DNA of 64,000 bases from an uncultured Elusimicrobia bacterium (GTDB lineage: Bacteria; Elusimicrobiota; Elusimicrobia; UBA1565; UBA9628). The notes beneath the pieces are model-generated. The model had not been told where the DNA came from and made no database searches. It saw only the letters and a program-made list of their open reading frames with translations. How positions within the stretch are numbered: the first letter of the stretch is position 1; the number at the start of each line of letters is the position of its first letter. Below are positions 28,031-37,772 of this stretch, one piece after another. A program made the translations under genes and the position numbers. The stretch spans positions 16,400 to 80,399 of the forward strand of contig CAZRIP010000002.1 in the NCBI GenBank assembly GCA_964600165.1, written 5' to 3'.

Positions 28031-29055
28031 TCATGGACCCGATGGTCACCGTCGTCATCCCTTGCCGAAACGAGGCCCCGTTCATCCGCTTGGTGATCGA
28101 GTCGGTCCTGCGCAGCGCGTATCCCCGCGAGCGGTTCGAGGTCCTGTTCGTCGACGGGATGAGCACCGACGGGACGAGAGGGATCCTCGCGGCGACCGCG
28201 AAAGACCGCTCCTTCATCCGCGTCCTCGACAACCCGAGGCGCGTCACGCCCGCGGGGATGAACGTCGGCATCAAGGCGGCGCGCGGCGAGATCATCGTTC
28301 GTCTGGACGCGCACTCCTCCTACGACGCCGACTACATACCGCGCTGCGTGCGTTTATTGCTGTCGGGCGATCGCATCGGCAGCGCCGGGGGGCGCAGCGT
28401 CATCGTTCCCAACGGCGACGGCCCGTGGGCAAAGGCCGTCGCGTTCGTGACCGCCCACCGCTTCGGCATGGGGGGAGGAGCCTACAAAGCCAGCTTGCGC
28501 CCCGGCGCCGTCGATACCGTGGCGCTGGGCACTTTCCGGCGCGAGGTCCTCGAGAGCGTCGGCCTGTACGACGAGCGCCTCACGCGCAATCAGGACAACG
28601 AGCTCCACGCGCGCCTCAAGAGAGCCGGATACTCCGTCATTTACGACCCCGCGATCATCATGTATTACCGCAACCAGGCGACGCTCAAGGGACTCGTGCG
28701 TCAAGGCTACCGGGCGAGCAAGTGGAACGTCTACACGCTCGTGCTCCATCCATACACTTGGAAGCTCAGGCGCTTCGTGCCGATGCTCTTCGTCGTCTAC
28801 TTGGCCGCGCTCGGCGCCGCGGCTTGGAGACGCCCTGATCTCCTGCCGGCGGCGGCCGCGCCGCTGGGCCTTTACGCGTTGATGGCCGCGGCGTTCTCCC
28901 TGACCGGCGGCAGGACCGCGGCGGACCGGCTGCGCGTCGGGGCGACGTTCGTCTCTTACCATTTGGCGTACGGCGTCGGACCGTTCATCGGGCTGCTCAA
29001 CGTGCTGACCGGCCGCTGGCGGGAGCATCTGGGCCGCCCCTTCGGCGAGATTTGA
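28027..29055 (+). CDS. Glycosyltransferase family 2 (ExoA-like)
   Basis: VTVVIPCRNE, VDGMSTDGT, RLDAH, YDERLTRNQDNE, C-terminal TM helices. Confidence 0.9.
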   Translation: MIMDPMVTVVIPCRNEAPFIRLVIESVLRSAYPRERFEVLFVDGMSTDGTRGILAATAKDRSFIRVLDNPRRVTPAGMNVGIKAARGEIIVRLDAHSSYDADYIPRCVRLLLSGDRIGSAGGRSVIVPNGDGPWAKAVAFVTAHRFGMGGGAYKASLRPGAVDTVALGTFRREVLESVGLYDERLTRNQDNELHARLKRAGYSVIYDPAIIMYYRNQATLKGLVRQGYRASKWNVYTLVLHPYTWKLRRFVPMLFVVYLAALGAAAWRRPDLLPAAAAPLGLYALMAAAFSLTGGRTAADRLRVGATFVSYHLAYGVGPFIGLLNVLTGRWREHLGRPFGEI

Positions 29056-29064
29056 GAGGAGACC

Positions 29065-30213
29065 ATGAACGACAGCGTGCCATTTCATAAAGCGTGCTTG
29101 GGCGAAGACGAGCTTTCCGAGGTCTCGGCCGCGATCAAGTCCGGCTGGATCACGATGGGGCCGAAGACCGTCGAGTTCGAGGAGCGCTTCAAGGCGTATC
29201 TTTGCGCGCGCTCCGGGCGCGCGCCGTCCGAGCTCTACGCCTTGTGCGTCAGCTCGGCGACGGCGGCGCTGCATTTGGCGCTCAAGGCCGTCGGCCTCGA
29301 TCGCGGCGACGAGGTGATCCTTCCGACCAATACCTTCATCGCCACGGCCGAGGTCGTCACCTACTTCGGCGCCGTGCCGGTGCTCAGCGATATCGAAGAG
29401 GACACGCACAACATGTCCGTCTCGTCTCTCGAGAGCCTGATCACGCCTCGGACCAAGGCGATCATTCCCGTCCATTTCGGCGGCCAGCCATGCGACATGG
29501 ACGAGATCATGGCGCTGGCCAAGCGCCGCGGGTTGGTCGTTATCGAGGACGCCGCCCACGCGCTGCCGAGCGAGTATAAGGGGAAAGTCGTCGGCGTCAT
29601 CGGCGATCTCACCTGCTTCAGCTTCTATGCCACGAAGACCCTGGCGATGGGCGAAGGCGGGATGGTCGTTACCGCCGACCAGAAATACGCGGAGCGCGTG
29701 CGCATCAACCGGCTCCACGGGATCAGCCGCGACGCGTGGGATCGCTACAGCCTCACCGGCGACTGGTATTACGAGGTCGTCGACAACGGCTTCAAGTACA
29801 ACGCGACCGACATCAACGCCGCGTTGGGCTTGGCGCAGTTGAGGAAGTTGGACGCCATGAACGAGGCTCGCGCGAAGATCGCGTCCTCCTACGACGGCGC
29901 GTTCGCCGGGTCGCGCGTGACGCCCGCGACCGTCCGGTCCGATCGGGCCAGCAGCCGCCACCTTTACGTCATCAAGGTCTCCAACCGCGACGAGCTCTAC
30001 CGCAAGCTCAAGGAGGACGGCATCGGCACGTCCGTCCATTTCATCCCCGTGCATAAGCATCCCCATTACCGTTCGGCCTACGGCTATCAGGACGCGGCGT
30101 ATCCGGTCGCCAACCGCGTCTTCGAGCGGGCGTTGTCTTTGCCCATCTACCCTGATATGACGCGCGAGCAAGTCGAACGCGTCTGCGAGGGCGTCTTGCG
30201 CCATGCCCGATAG
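29065..30213 (+). CDS. DegT/DnrJ/EryC1/StrS family sugar aminotransferase
   Basis: SSATAALHLAL, VIEDAAHA, FSFYATKTL..GEGG (PLP Lys), GFKYN. Confidence 0.92.
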   Translation: MNDSVPFHKACLGEDELSEVSAAIKSGWITMGPKTVEFEERFKAYLCARSGRAPSELYALCVSSATAALHLALKAVGLDRGDEVILPTNTFIATAEVVTYFGAVPVLSDIEEDTHNMSVSSLESLITPRTKAIIPVHFGGQPCDMDEIMALAKRRGLVVIEDAAHALPSEYKGKVVGVIGDLTCFSFYATKTLAMGEGGMVVTADQKYAERVRINRLHGISRDAWDRYSLTGDWYYEVVDNGFKYNATDINAALGLAQLRKLDAMNEARAKIASSYDGAFAGSRVTPATVRSDRASSRHLYVIKVSNRDELYRKLKEDGIGTSVHFIPVHKHPHYRSAYGYQDAAYPVANRVFERALSLPIYPDMTREQVERVCEGVLRHAR

Positions 30214-30823
30214 CGTCTACGCCCGCCGCCTCAAGCGCGCGCTCGACGCCGGGGCGGCGCTGGTCGGCCTGGTCGTCGTCGGCCCGCTCATGCTGCTCGT
30301 CGCCGCGGCCATCAAGCTCCTCGACCCCGGACCCGTGCTCTTCCGCCACCAGCGCGTCGGCCTGCGCGGCAAGCCGTTCGCGATCCTCAAGTTCCGCACG
30401 ATGCGCGCGGGCGCGGAGAAAGAAGGCCCGCAGATCACGTCCGGCGGCGACGCGCGCGTGACGAGGCTCGGCCGGCTCTTGCGGCGCACGAAGGTCGACG
30501 AGCTCCCGCAGCTCGTCAACGTGCTGCGGGGGGACATGAGCCTCGTCGGACCGCGCCCGGAGGTTCGGCACTACGTCGAGCTCTTCCGGGACGACTACGA
30601 CGTCATCCTGTCGGTGCGGCCCGGCATCACGGACTATGCGGCCATCAAGTACCGCGACGAAGAGGCGACGCTCGGAGCCTATCAGGACGCGGAGCAAGGC
30701 TACGTGACCGAAGTTCTGCCCGACAAGATCGCGTTATATCACCGCTACATCTCCGAGGTAGGCTTCGCGACCGACGCGCGAATTCTTCTCGCGACCCTCG
30801 CCAAGGTCCTCGTCCGGCACTGA
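30203..30823 (+). CDS. Bacterial sugar transferase (monotopic phosphoglycosyl transferase, PglC-like)
   Basis: KRALD, FRHQRVG, KFRTM, LRRTKVDELPQLVNVLRGDMSLVGPRPE, RPGITD. Confidence 0.92.
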   Translation: MPDSVYARRLKRALDAGAALVGLVVVGPLMLLVAAAIKLLDPGPVLFRHQRVGLRGKPFAILKFRTMRAGAEKEGPQITSGGDARVTRLGRLLRRTKVDELPQLVNVLRGDMSLVGPRPEVRHYVELFRDDYDVILSVRPGITDYAAIKYRDEEATLGAYQDAEQGYVTEVLPDKIALYHRYISEVGFATDARILLATLAKVLVRH

Positions 30824-30888
30824 CTCAAAACAAAGACGTTGCCCGGCCTCTATGTATCGCGCGGCGCGCCTGGGTTATCATCTCGAAC

Positions 30889-32055
30889 ATGGCCATCCCG
30901 TTCCACCGGCGTGGCATTGATAGACGGAAGATTCGTTCCCGGCGCGGCCTCGACACTCGCAACGTGCGGCCCGCCGACCTGCTGAACCGCCGGGTGATCT
31001 CCCTCGACACATCGAGCATCGCCCGGTCGATCGAAGACAAAGTGGTCGTCGTGACGGGCGCCGGCGGCACCATCGGCGGCGAGTTGGCGCGCCAGGTCCT
31101 CCGCTATAAGCCGAAGAAGCTCATCCTGCTCGAGAACAACGCGACCGCGTTGTTCTATTGCGAATCGGAACTGAGGGCGCGGCGAACCCCCGCGCAGATC
31201 GAGGCCGTGTTGGGCGATATCCGCGATCGTGGTCTCGTCGACCAGATTCTGCGCGAGAACCGTCCGCATACGCTGTTCCACGCGGCGGCCCATAAGCACG
31301 TCCACCAGCTAGAGACGAACGTCTATGAGGGCGTCAGCAACAACCTGCTCGGGACCTATCACCTCGCCCTCGCGGCCGAGCGGCACGGCGTCGAGACTTT
31401 CCTTTTCATCTCGACCGACAAGGCCGTCCGCCCGCGCTGCGTGATGGGGGCGACCAAGCGCGCCGCCGAGATCACGCTGTTGAACCTGGCGCGCGCGAGC
31501 AAGACCCGCTACGTCGCCGTGCGCTTCGGCAACGTGCTCGGCAGCTCGGGCTCCGTGCTCAAGATATTCCAAGAGCAGATCGAAAAGGGCCTGCCCCTGA
31601 CGATCACGCACCCGGAGGCCGCGCGCTACTTCATGACGGTCGAGGAGGCGGTCGGTCTCGTGCTGCAGACTTCGCTCTTGGCCGGCAGCGGCGACATCTG
31701 CATGCTCAAGATGGGCTCCCCGGTGCGCATCATCGACTTGGCGCACCGCTTGATCCGCATGTCCGGGCTCGTGCCCGATCGCGACGTCAAGATCCGCGTC
31801 ACCGGGCTCAAGCCCGGCGAGAAAGTGGCGGAAGAGCTCATTGAAGAGCTAAAAGAACTGCATCAATCAGAGCATCCGGATATCATGATCGTGCGTTCCG
31901 AAGACGGCCTCGTGCGCGACCTCAAGGAAAGGCTGGCGCGACTCGAGACGATGAGCCTGGGCTGTTGGGCCAAGGCCGACGTCATCGGGGCCTTGGCTCG
32001 TCTCGTTCCGACTTACGTCCCGGACCCCGTGCACGGCTTGGCTCAAAATTGCTGA
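30889..32055 (+). CDS. UDP-GlcNAc 4,6-dehydratase (PglF/CapD/WbpM type), catalytic domain only
   Basis: DLLNR, VVTGAGGTIGGEL, HAAAHKHV, ISTDKAV, MGATK, VRFGNVLGSSGSV, RYFMT, GLKPGEK. No N-terminal TM region. Confidence 0.88.
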   Translation: MAIPFHRRGIDRRKIRSRRGLDTRNVRPADLLNRRVISLDTSSIARSIEDKVVVVTGAGGTIGGELARQVLRYKPKKLILLENNATALFYCESELRARRTPAQIEAVLGDIRDRGLVDQILRENRPHTLFHAAAHKHVHQLETNVYEGVSNNLLGTYHLALAAERHGVETFLFISTDKAVRPRCVMGATKRAAEITLLNLARASKTRYVAVRFGNVLGSSGSVLKIFQEQIEKGLPLTITHPEAARYFMTVEEAVGLVLQTSLLAGSGDICMLKMGSPVRIIDLAHRLIRMSGLVPDRDVKIRVTGLKPGEKVAEELIEELKELHQSEHPDIMIVRSEDGLVRDLKERLARLETMSLGCWAKADVIGALARLVPTYVPDPVHGLAQNC

Positions 32056-32552
32056 TCTTCGGGCACGTCGGCTTGACGACGGCGGCGGCGCAAGCCGTCC
32101 GCCCCGGGGAGGATTTGCGCGCCCCGGCGCTCATGTCGCTGCTGCCCGACTTGATCGACAAGCCCGTGCGCGTGCTCTGGCCGGCGCTCGTCAACGACAG
32201 CACCCGCGGCTTCGCGCACTCGCTGGCGGGCGCGGCCGTCGTCCTGATCGCGCTCGTCGCCGCGCGCGGCCGGAGACCTCGGACCGCGCTTCTCTGGGCG
32301 TGCTACGCCGGCCACCTCGTGTTGGACCGCATGTGGCTGGCGCAGGACCGGATCGTCCTGCTGTGGCCCTTGTTGGGACCGTTTCCGCGTCCGGGCCCCG
32401 GCAGCGTCCTGCTGGCCCACCTCAACTACTACGACGTCGGCGGCGAGTTCGTCGGGCTGCTGCTTCTGCTCGAGCTCGCCCGGCGCCACCGGCTCTTCGA
32501 GCGCGCGCGGCTGCTGGCCTTTTGCCGCACGGGCGAGCTGCGCCCCGCCTGA
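32049..32552 (+). CDS. Membrane-bound metal-dependent hydrolase (YdjM/DUF457-like)
   Basis: GHVG, SLLPDLIDKP, RGFAHSL, GHLVLD pattern. TTG start overlaps the previous stop. Confidence 0.7.
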   Translation: MLIFGHVGLTTAAAQAVRPGEDLRAPALMSLLPDLIDKPVRVLWPALVNDSTRGFAHSLAGAAVVLIALVAARGRRPRTALLWACYAGHLVLDRMWLAQDRIVLLWPLLGPFPRPGPGSVLLAHLNYYDVGGEFVGLLLLLELARRHRLFERARLLAFCRTGELRPA

Positions 32553-32555
32553 AAC

Positions 32556-33206
32556 TCAGCGGCCCGCCGGCCGCGCGCGGGTCCGCCGCCCGCGCAGGAA
32601 AGGCTCCAGCCGCTTGCGGATCGTCGCGCGCAGCTCCTCGACCGGCTTGCGCCCATCGGCGGCGACGACTCCTTGGCGTTGGGCGATCATGCGGTAGCCG
32701 CGGCGCACGCGCGCGCGGAAGGCGTCGGGGGCCGATTCCAGCCTGTCATGCTCCCGGTGCGCGTCGCGGGCGGAAAACTCCGAATCGGGGATGTCGAAGA
32801 GAAACGTCAGGTCGGGGGAGAGTCCTCCGGTCGCCAAGCGATTGGCGGCGTCGACGATCTTGAGGTCGAGGCCGCGTCCGTAGCCTTGATAGACGACCGT
32901 CGAAAGCGTGTAGCGCTCGCAGATCACGATCTTGCCCTCGGCGAGGGCGGGACGCAAAAGCTCCTCGGTGTGCTGGGCGCGCGCGGCCTCGTAGAGAAGG
33001 AGCTCGGCCAGGGGCTTGACGTCGTGCTTGGGGTCGAGCAGTATCGTGCGCACTTCCTCGGCGAACGAGGTGCCTCCGGGCTCGCGCGTGTGGACGACGT
33101 CGTGCCCGGCGGCTTTCAGATCTTCGACCAGCAAGCGCGCCTGCGTCGATTTCCCGGATTTATCGGGGCCTTCGAGGACGACGAACAACCCGCGGCGCGA
33201 GGTCAT
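32556..33206 (-). CDS. tmk: Thymidylate kinase
   Basis: FVVLEGPDKSGKSTQ, TREPGGT, LLYEAARAQH, CERY..ST..YQG, PDLTFLFD. Confidence 0.93.
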   Translation of the reverse strand: MTSRRGLFVVLEGPDKSGKSTQARLLVEDLKAAGHDVVHTREPGGTSFAEEVRTILLDPKHDVKPLAELLLYEAARAQHTEELLRPALAEGKIVICERYTLSTVVYQGYGRGLDLKIVDAANRLATGGLSPDLTFLFDIPDSEFSARDAHREHDRLESAPDAFRARVRRGYRMIAQRQGVVAADGRKPVEELRATIRKRLEPFLRGRRTRARPAGR

Positions 33207-33616
33207 TTGTTTTGAAGAGAGGCGGCGATCGAGTCGTAGATCGGCTCGATGTCCTGGAAGCGCTGCCCGATCCGTTCCTTGAGAGCCCATTGGACGTCCT
33301 CGGGCGCCAGCGCCGCGACACGCAAGACGCCGCGAAGCGACGCCGTCACGGCGTCCGCGGGAGCCAGGAAGTCCTGGGTGGTCTCGAGCGCGACGGCGAC
33401 GATCGCGGCGCCGCCCTCCGAGACGCGGTTGGGGTCGATGAGAATGAGGCCGCCCACGGCGCCGGCGCAGGCGCCTTCGACGAGCGCGGCGGGCTCGGCT
33501 ACGCCCGCGCGCAGGTCGCCTAGGAGTTTTCTCACGAGAGCGGCGGCGCCCCGCGCGAGCCCTTCGTCGTTAGGAAGCCGCGAGACGGCTTCCCGCAGCA
33601 CTTTTTCCGCGTCCAC
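33203..33616 (-). CDS. Hypothetical protein
   Basis: 137-aa helical ORF coupled to tmk (4-bp overlap). TATAAT 8 nt upstream of the GTG. Confidence 0.65.
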   Translation of the reverse strand: MDAEKVLREAVSRLPNDEGLARGAAALVRKLLGDLRAGVAEPAALVEGACAGAVGGLILIDPNRVSEGGAAIVAVALETTQDFLAPADAVTASLRGVLRVAALAPEDVQWALKERIGQRFQDIEPIYDSIAASLQNK

Positions 33617-33649
33617 GCGCTAGGATTATATCATCATGCGGACGGCGGA

Positions 33650-34387
33650 ATGATACGATACGAGCCCGTGATCGATGGCATCGGCGGAATCGCTCGTCGG
33701 ATGCTGGGCGTCTTTTCGCGGCCGAGGCGGCGCGTGCTTTTCGTGGGCAACAGCCTGATCTATCGCGCCGTCGGCTCGGCTCGCGCGCCGGACGTGCTCA
33801 GCGATCTTCCTGGCGCCGTCGAGGCCCTGTGGCGGCTGCGCGGCGGCGGACCGCGTCTGCTCGTCGGCAGGAGGACCGAGGACGCCGCCACTCTGACGGA
33901 GCACGCGGACGACCGCGTCCTGCTCCGGTTGCTGAGCTCGGGGACCTGGGACGACGTCGTGCTGCAAGAGCAGAGCGGCGCCGTGTTCTCGAGCTCGCCG
34001 GACTCCGCTCGCGCGGCCCGGGCCCTGGCGGACGCGGCGCGCGCGGGAGGGGCGGCTCCGTTTCTCTTGTCGACCTGGACCGCCGATCGGCGAGCCGACG
34101 TCGTCTCGGCGTACGAGGGGCTGTCGCGCGCATGCGGCGTCGCGCTGATCCCGTCGGCCCGCGTCTGGAGCCGGGTCGAGCGCGACCGTCCGGGACTCGC
34201 GCTGCGCGCCGAGGATGGGCTTCACGCCAGCCGCCTCGGCACCTACCTCCTGGCTTGCGTCGTCTGCGAGAGCTTGCGCGGCCCGGCGGCTTCGGCGTCG
34301 GCGCGCGAGGACGATTGGGCCGGACGCGAGTCGTCCGCGGGGCCCGAGGAGCTTGCCTACCTGCGCGCGGCGGCGACCTCGGCGTAG
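33650..34387 (+). CDS. SGNH/GDSL-like hydrolase or acyltransferase (DUF4886-like)
   Basis: VLFVGNSL (block I Ser), WDDVVLQEQS, DGLHAS..GTYL.AC (DxxH). Confidence 0.7.
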   Translation: MIRYEPVIDGIGGIARRMLGVFSRPRRRVLFVGNSLIYRAVGSARAPDVLSDLPGAVEALWRLRGGGPRLLVGRRTEDAATLTEHADDRVLLRLLSSGTWDDVVLQEQSGAVFSSSPDSARAARALADAARAGGAAPFLLSTWTADRRADVVSAYEGLSRACGVALIPSARVWSRVERDRPGLALRAEDGLHASRLGTYLLACVVCESLRGPAASASAREDDWAGRESSAGPEELAYLRAAATSA

Positions 34388-35361
34388 AGCCGCCGGTAGC
34401 GGCGCGCCACGGAGCCCCATTCGAACCGGCGAGCCGTTTCACGGGCTCGCCGCCCCAGTCGAGCGCGCAGACGCGCGTCGCGGCAGAGCAGCCGCATCGC
34501 CCGGGTCAGCGCCTTCACGTCGTTGGGAGGCACGAGCAGTCCGTCGACCCCGTGCGTCACGGCCTCCGCGACGCCGCCGACGCGAGCCGCGATCACGGCC
34601 TTGCCGCGCGCCATCGCCTCCAACAGCGCCATCGGCATGTTCTCGTCGCGGGATGGGAGCACGAAGAAGCGGCAGGAGCCAAGCAAAGAGTCGACGCGCC
34701 TCGGTCCCACGGCGCCCGGGAACCGCGCGCGCCGACCGAGCCGCAGGGCCGCGGCGAAGCGCGGCAGCCGCCCCGCCGACTGGTCCGGGCCGCAGACCAC
34801 GAGCCGCAGCCCGGGCTCGCTCTCGGCCAGCGCGGCGAAGGCCATCAGCAGCACGTCCGTCCCCTTATAAGCCGCGAGGCGCCCGACGGTCAGGATGAAA
34901 TCCTCCGCCCGCCGTCCGGGCGCGCGAGACGCGGGACCGGGCTCGGCGCCGTTGGGGATCGCCAGCGGCGCGCGGCGCAGCCGCAGCGCTTTCAACTCCT
35001 TGCTGCCCGCGCGGGAGACGGAGGTCACGGCGTCGGCGCGCCGCGCCAGGCGCAAGAGCTCGTCGCGATCGTCGAGCAGGTCTAGCGAGGCGCCCTGGTG
35101 CGTGACGATCAGGGCGGTCCTTGCCGGGAGACGCACGCGGCGCGGGAAGCCGACGCGGCGGCTGAAGCAATGGACGTGGCAGACGTCGATCTCCTTTTGC
35201 CGCAATAAGCGCTCGAGCGCGGCAGAGAGACCTGAGCGGCGGCCCGACGGAGGAAAGAGATAGACGTCGTCTCCGGCGGCGCGCAAGCTGCTCCCGAGCG
35301 AGCGCAGCACTCTTGCGTGGGCGGGGTCCGACCGCGAGGGAGCGACGAGCACGACCCGCAT
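34357..35361 (-). CDS. Glycosyltransferase family 4
   Basis: C-terminal part of ORF 34357..36576 from MRVVLV. GRLAAYKG, FVLPSRDENMPMALLEAMA, VGGVAEAV. Confidence 0.88.
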   Translation of the reverse strand: MRVVLVAPSRSDPAHARVLRSLGSSLRAAGDDVYLFPPSGRRSGLSAALERLLRQKEIDVCHVHCFSRRVGFPRRVRLPARTALIVTHQGASLDLLDDRDELLRLARRADAVTSVSRAGSKELKALRLRRAPLAIPNGAEPGPASRAPGRRAEDFILTVGRLAAYKGTDVLLMAFAALAESEPGLRLVVCGPDQSAGRLPRFAAALRLGRRARFPGAVGPRRVDSLLGSCRFFVLPSRDENMPMALLEAMARGKAVIAARVGGVAEAVTHGVDGLLVPPNDVKALTRAMRLLCRDARLRARLGRRARETARRFEWGSVARRYRRLYAEVAAARR

Positions 35362-35397
35362 GTACGCAAGATAGCATTTGTATAATACCGGCCGATC

Positions 35398-36597
35398 ATG
35401 AAGGCCAAGCGCGGGAAGCTTCTGCTCATCGCACCCGTCGACGCGCGCATGCTCCGCCTGTCGCGCGAGCTCTCGCGCGATTGGGAGCTCCATTCTCGCT
35501 GGCCCGCGGAGGCTCCTTTGGGCGCGCCGAAGGAGCTCCTTTCCCGGGAGAGCTATTCCGCGATCCTTCTGGCCGACGACCCCCGCGCGCGCGGCTGCGT
35601 CGGCCCGCTGCGCCGGTTCACAACGGCGCCCATCGTCTTTATTAAGGGAGAGCCCGCCTCGCCCGGCGCGCCCGCGGCGCCGCGTTCCGGCGAACGCTCC
35701 GATCAGGCGATCTCGGTCGCCGCCGAGATCTGGTCGTTCGCCCGCGCCGAGCGCGCGTGGCTCAATCGACGTCTTTCTTCGCTCGTCGCGCCGCGGGCGC
35801 CGCGGTCCGCGGGATTGACGAGCATCGTCATCCCGTGCCTTGACAAGCTCGACTACACGCGCAAATGCCTCGAGAGCGTGGCCCTTCACACGAGTCTCCC
35901 GCACGAGGTCATCGTCGTCGACAACGGCTCGCGCGACGGCACGGCGGCCTACGTCCGGAGCCGCCGTCGCGTGCGTCTCATCCGCAATCGCGAGAACCTC
36001 GGCTTCGCGCGCGCGGTCAACCAGGGCATGCAGGCGGCTACGGGTCGCTACGTCGTCTGGCTCAACAACGACGCCGTCGTGACGCCCGGCTGGCTGGAGG
36101 GGCTCATAGGCTGCGCGGAACGCTCGCCGTGGATCGGCGCCGTCGGTCCGTGCACCAACGAAGCCGTGGGCTATCAGCGCGTCGAGTCCCCATCCTACCG
36201 CGGCGGCGACGGACTGCTGGCGTTTTCCCAGGCTTGGTCGCTGCGGCACCGGGGCCGCTCCATCGCCGCGCACCGCCTGACGGGGTTTTGCTTGCTGCTC
36301 AAGAGCGAGGTGATCAAGCAGATCGGGCTCCTCGACCCGCGCTTTTCGCCCGCCTGCTACGAGGATTTCGACTACTGCTTGCGGATCCGTCAGGCCGGTT
36401 ATGAGCTCGCTTGCGCGCTCGACGTCTACGTCCATCACGACGGGCATCAAAGCTACGCGAGCCGCGACGCGATGCTGCGCCAATCGGCGGCCAGCCGCGA
36501 GATCTTCCTGGATAAATGGTGTCACCAAGCGCTGAGCCTGCTCGACGACCTCGACGCCGAAGCCGCGCGCGTCCACGCCCGCCGAGCGCGGGGGTGA
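35398..36597 (+). CDS. Glycosyltransferase family 2 with extra N-terminal domain
   Basis: TSIVIPC, VVDNGSRDGT, ENLGFA..VNQG, WLNND, GFCLL, YEDFDYCLR. About 135 extra residues at the N-terminus. Confidence 0.88.
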   Translation: MKAKRGKLLLIAPVDARMLRLSRELSRDWELHSRWPAEAPLGAPKELLSRESYSAILLADDPRARGCVGPLRRFTTAPIVFIKGEPASPGAPAAPRSGERSDQAISVAAEIWSFARAERAWLNRRLSSLVAPRAPRSAGLTSIVIPCLDKLDYTRKCLESVALHTSLPHEVIVVDNGSRDGTAAYVRSRRRVRLIRNRENLGFARAVNQGMQAATGRYVVWLNNDAVVTPGWLEGLIGCAERSPWIGAVGPCTNEAVGYQRVESPSYRGGDGLLAFSQAWSLRHRGRSIAAHRLTGFCLLLKSEVIKQIGLLDPRFSPACYEDFDYCLRIRQAGYELACALDVYVHHDGHQSYASRDAMLRQSAASREIFLDKWCHQALSLLDDLDAEAARVHARRARG

Positions 36598-37772
36598 AGC
36601 CGGGCGTCCTGGTGGTGATCCCCCGCATCATCTACCCCGCCGTCAGCGGCGGAGAGTTGCGCGTCTACTCGCTGTTGCGCCGGTTGTCGGGCCGCTATCG
36701 CTTCTCCCTGCTGACGTTCATCGAGCCCCGCGCGCGGGCGCAGAGCCTGGCGGCGGCCATGAGCCTGGAGAAGAGCCTCGTCGAGAGGGTCCACTGCGTG
36801 GAGCGTTCTCCGTCGCCTCGGCTCGTGGAGGGAACGGCGCTCCCGTCGGACTTCTACCGCTCGCGCGAGCTCGCCCGCGGCTTGCGCGCGATCTTGGCGC
36901 GAGGAGGCACGGACCTCGTTCAGATCGAGTTCGCCGAGATGGCGCAGTACGCGCGCGACGCCGGCGGCCGCGTGCCGGTCGTGCTCACAGAGCACGACAC
37001 GAGCGTGCTGTCTCGCGACCGCTCCTACTTGCGGAAAGCGCTCGGCGCGCGGACGCTGCGCCGGCAGCGCGCTTATCATCGCCGCGCGCTCTCGCGCTGC
37101 GACCGGGTCGTCGTGATGTCCGAGGCCGATCGCGAGCGGATGGCCGAGTTCGTCGACGCGCGGCGGCTGTGCGTCGTCCCGACGGGCGTCGATCTCGAGC
37201 AATTCCCGGTCGCGCCGTGGGCGGGGCGGCGCGGACGCACCATCGTTTTCGTCGGACACTATCTCCATTACCCGAACCAGGACGCCGCCGTGCGCTTGCG
37301 GCGGGAGATCCTGCCGCGCGTCGCCCGGCGCGCGCCGGGCGCGAGGCTCTTGCTGGTAGGCTCCGGCGTCACCGGCGCCGTGCGCGCGCTGGCCGGGCCT
37401 TCCGTGCGGGTCACCGGTCCCGTGGAGTCCGTGCACCCGTTTTTGGCCGGGGCGAAGGTCTTCGCCGCGCCTATGCGCTTGGGCCACGGCATCAAGGGCA
37501 AGCTGCTCGAAGCCTTCGCGGCCGGCGTCCCGGTCGTCGCGTCGACGCAGGCCTGCGAGGGGATCCCGCAGGCCAAGCACGGCGAGCACCTGCTGCAAGC
37601 CGACGACCCGGAGCGGTTCGCGGGGCACGTCGCGCGCCTGCTGGTCGACCCGGCGCTGGGCCGCTCGTTGGCGCGCGCGGCGCGCGCGCTGGTCGAGAGA
37701 CACTTCCGATGGGAACAATCGGCGGCGCGCCTGGATCGCCTCTACAAGGACTTGCTCGATGCGCGCGCTTAG
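36594..37772 (+). CDS. Glycosyltransferase family 4
   Basis: GGELRVYSL, VPTGVD, FVGHY.HYPNQDA, APMRLGHGIKGKLLEAFAAG.PVV. Confidence 0.88.
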   Translation: MKPGVLVVIPRIIYPAVSGGELRVYSLLRRLSGRYRFSLLTFIEPRARAQSLAAAMSLEKSLVERVHCVERSPSPRLVEGTALPSDFYRSRELARGLRAILARGGTDLVQIEFAEMAQYARDAGGRVPVVLTEHDTSVLSRDRSYLRKALGARTLRRQRAYHRRALSRCDRVVVMSEADRERMAEFVDARRLCVVPTGVDLEQFPVAPWAGRRGRTIVFVGHYLHYPNQDAAVRLRREILPRVARRAPGARLLLVGSGVTGAVRALAGPSVRVTGPVESVHPFLAGAKVFAAPMRLGHGIKGKLLEAFAAGVPVVASTQACEGIPQAKHGEHLLQADDPERFAGHVARLLVDPALGRSLARAARALVERHFRWEQSAARLDRLYKDLLDARA

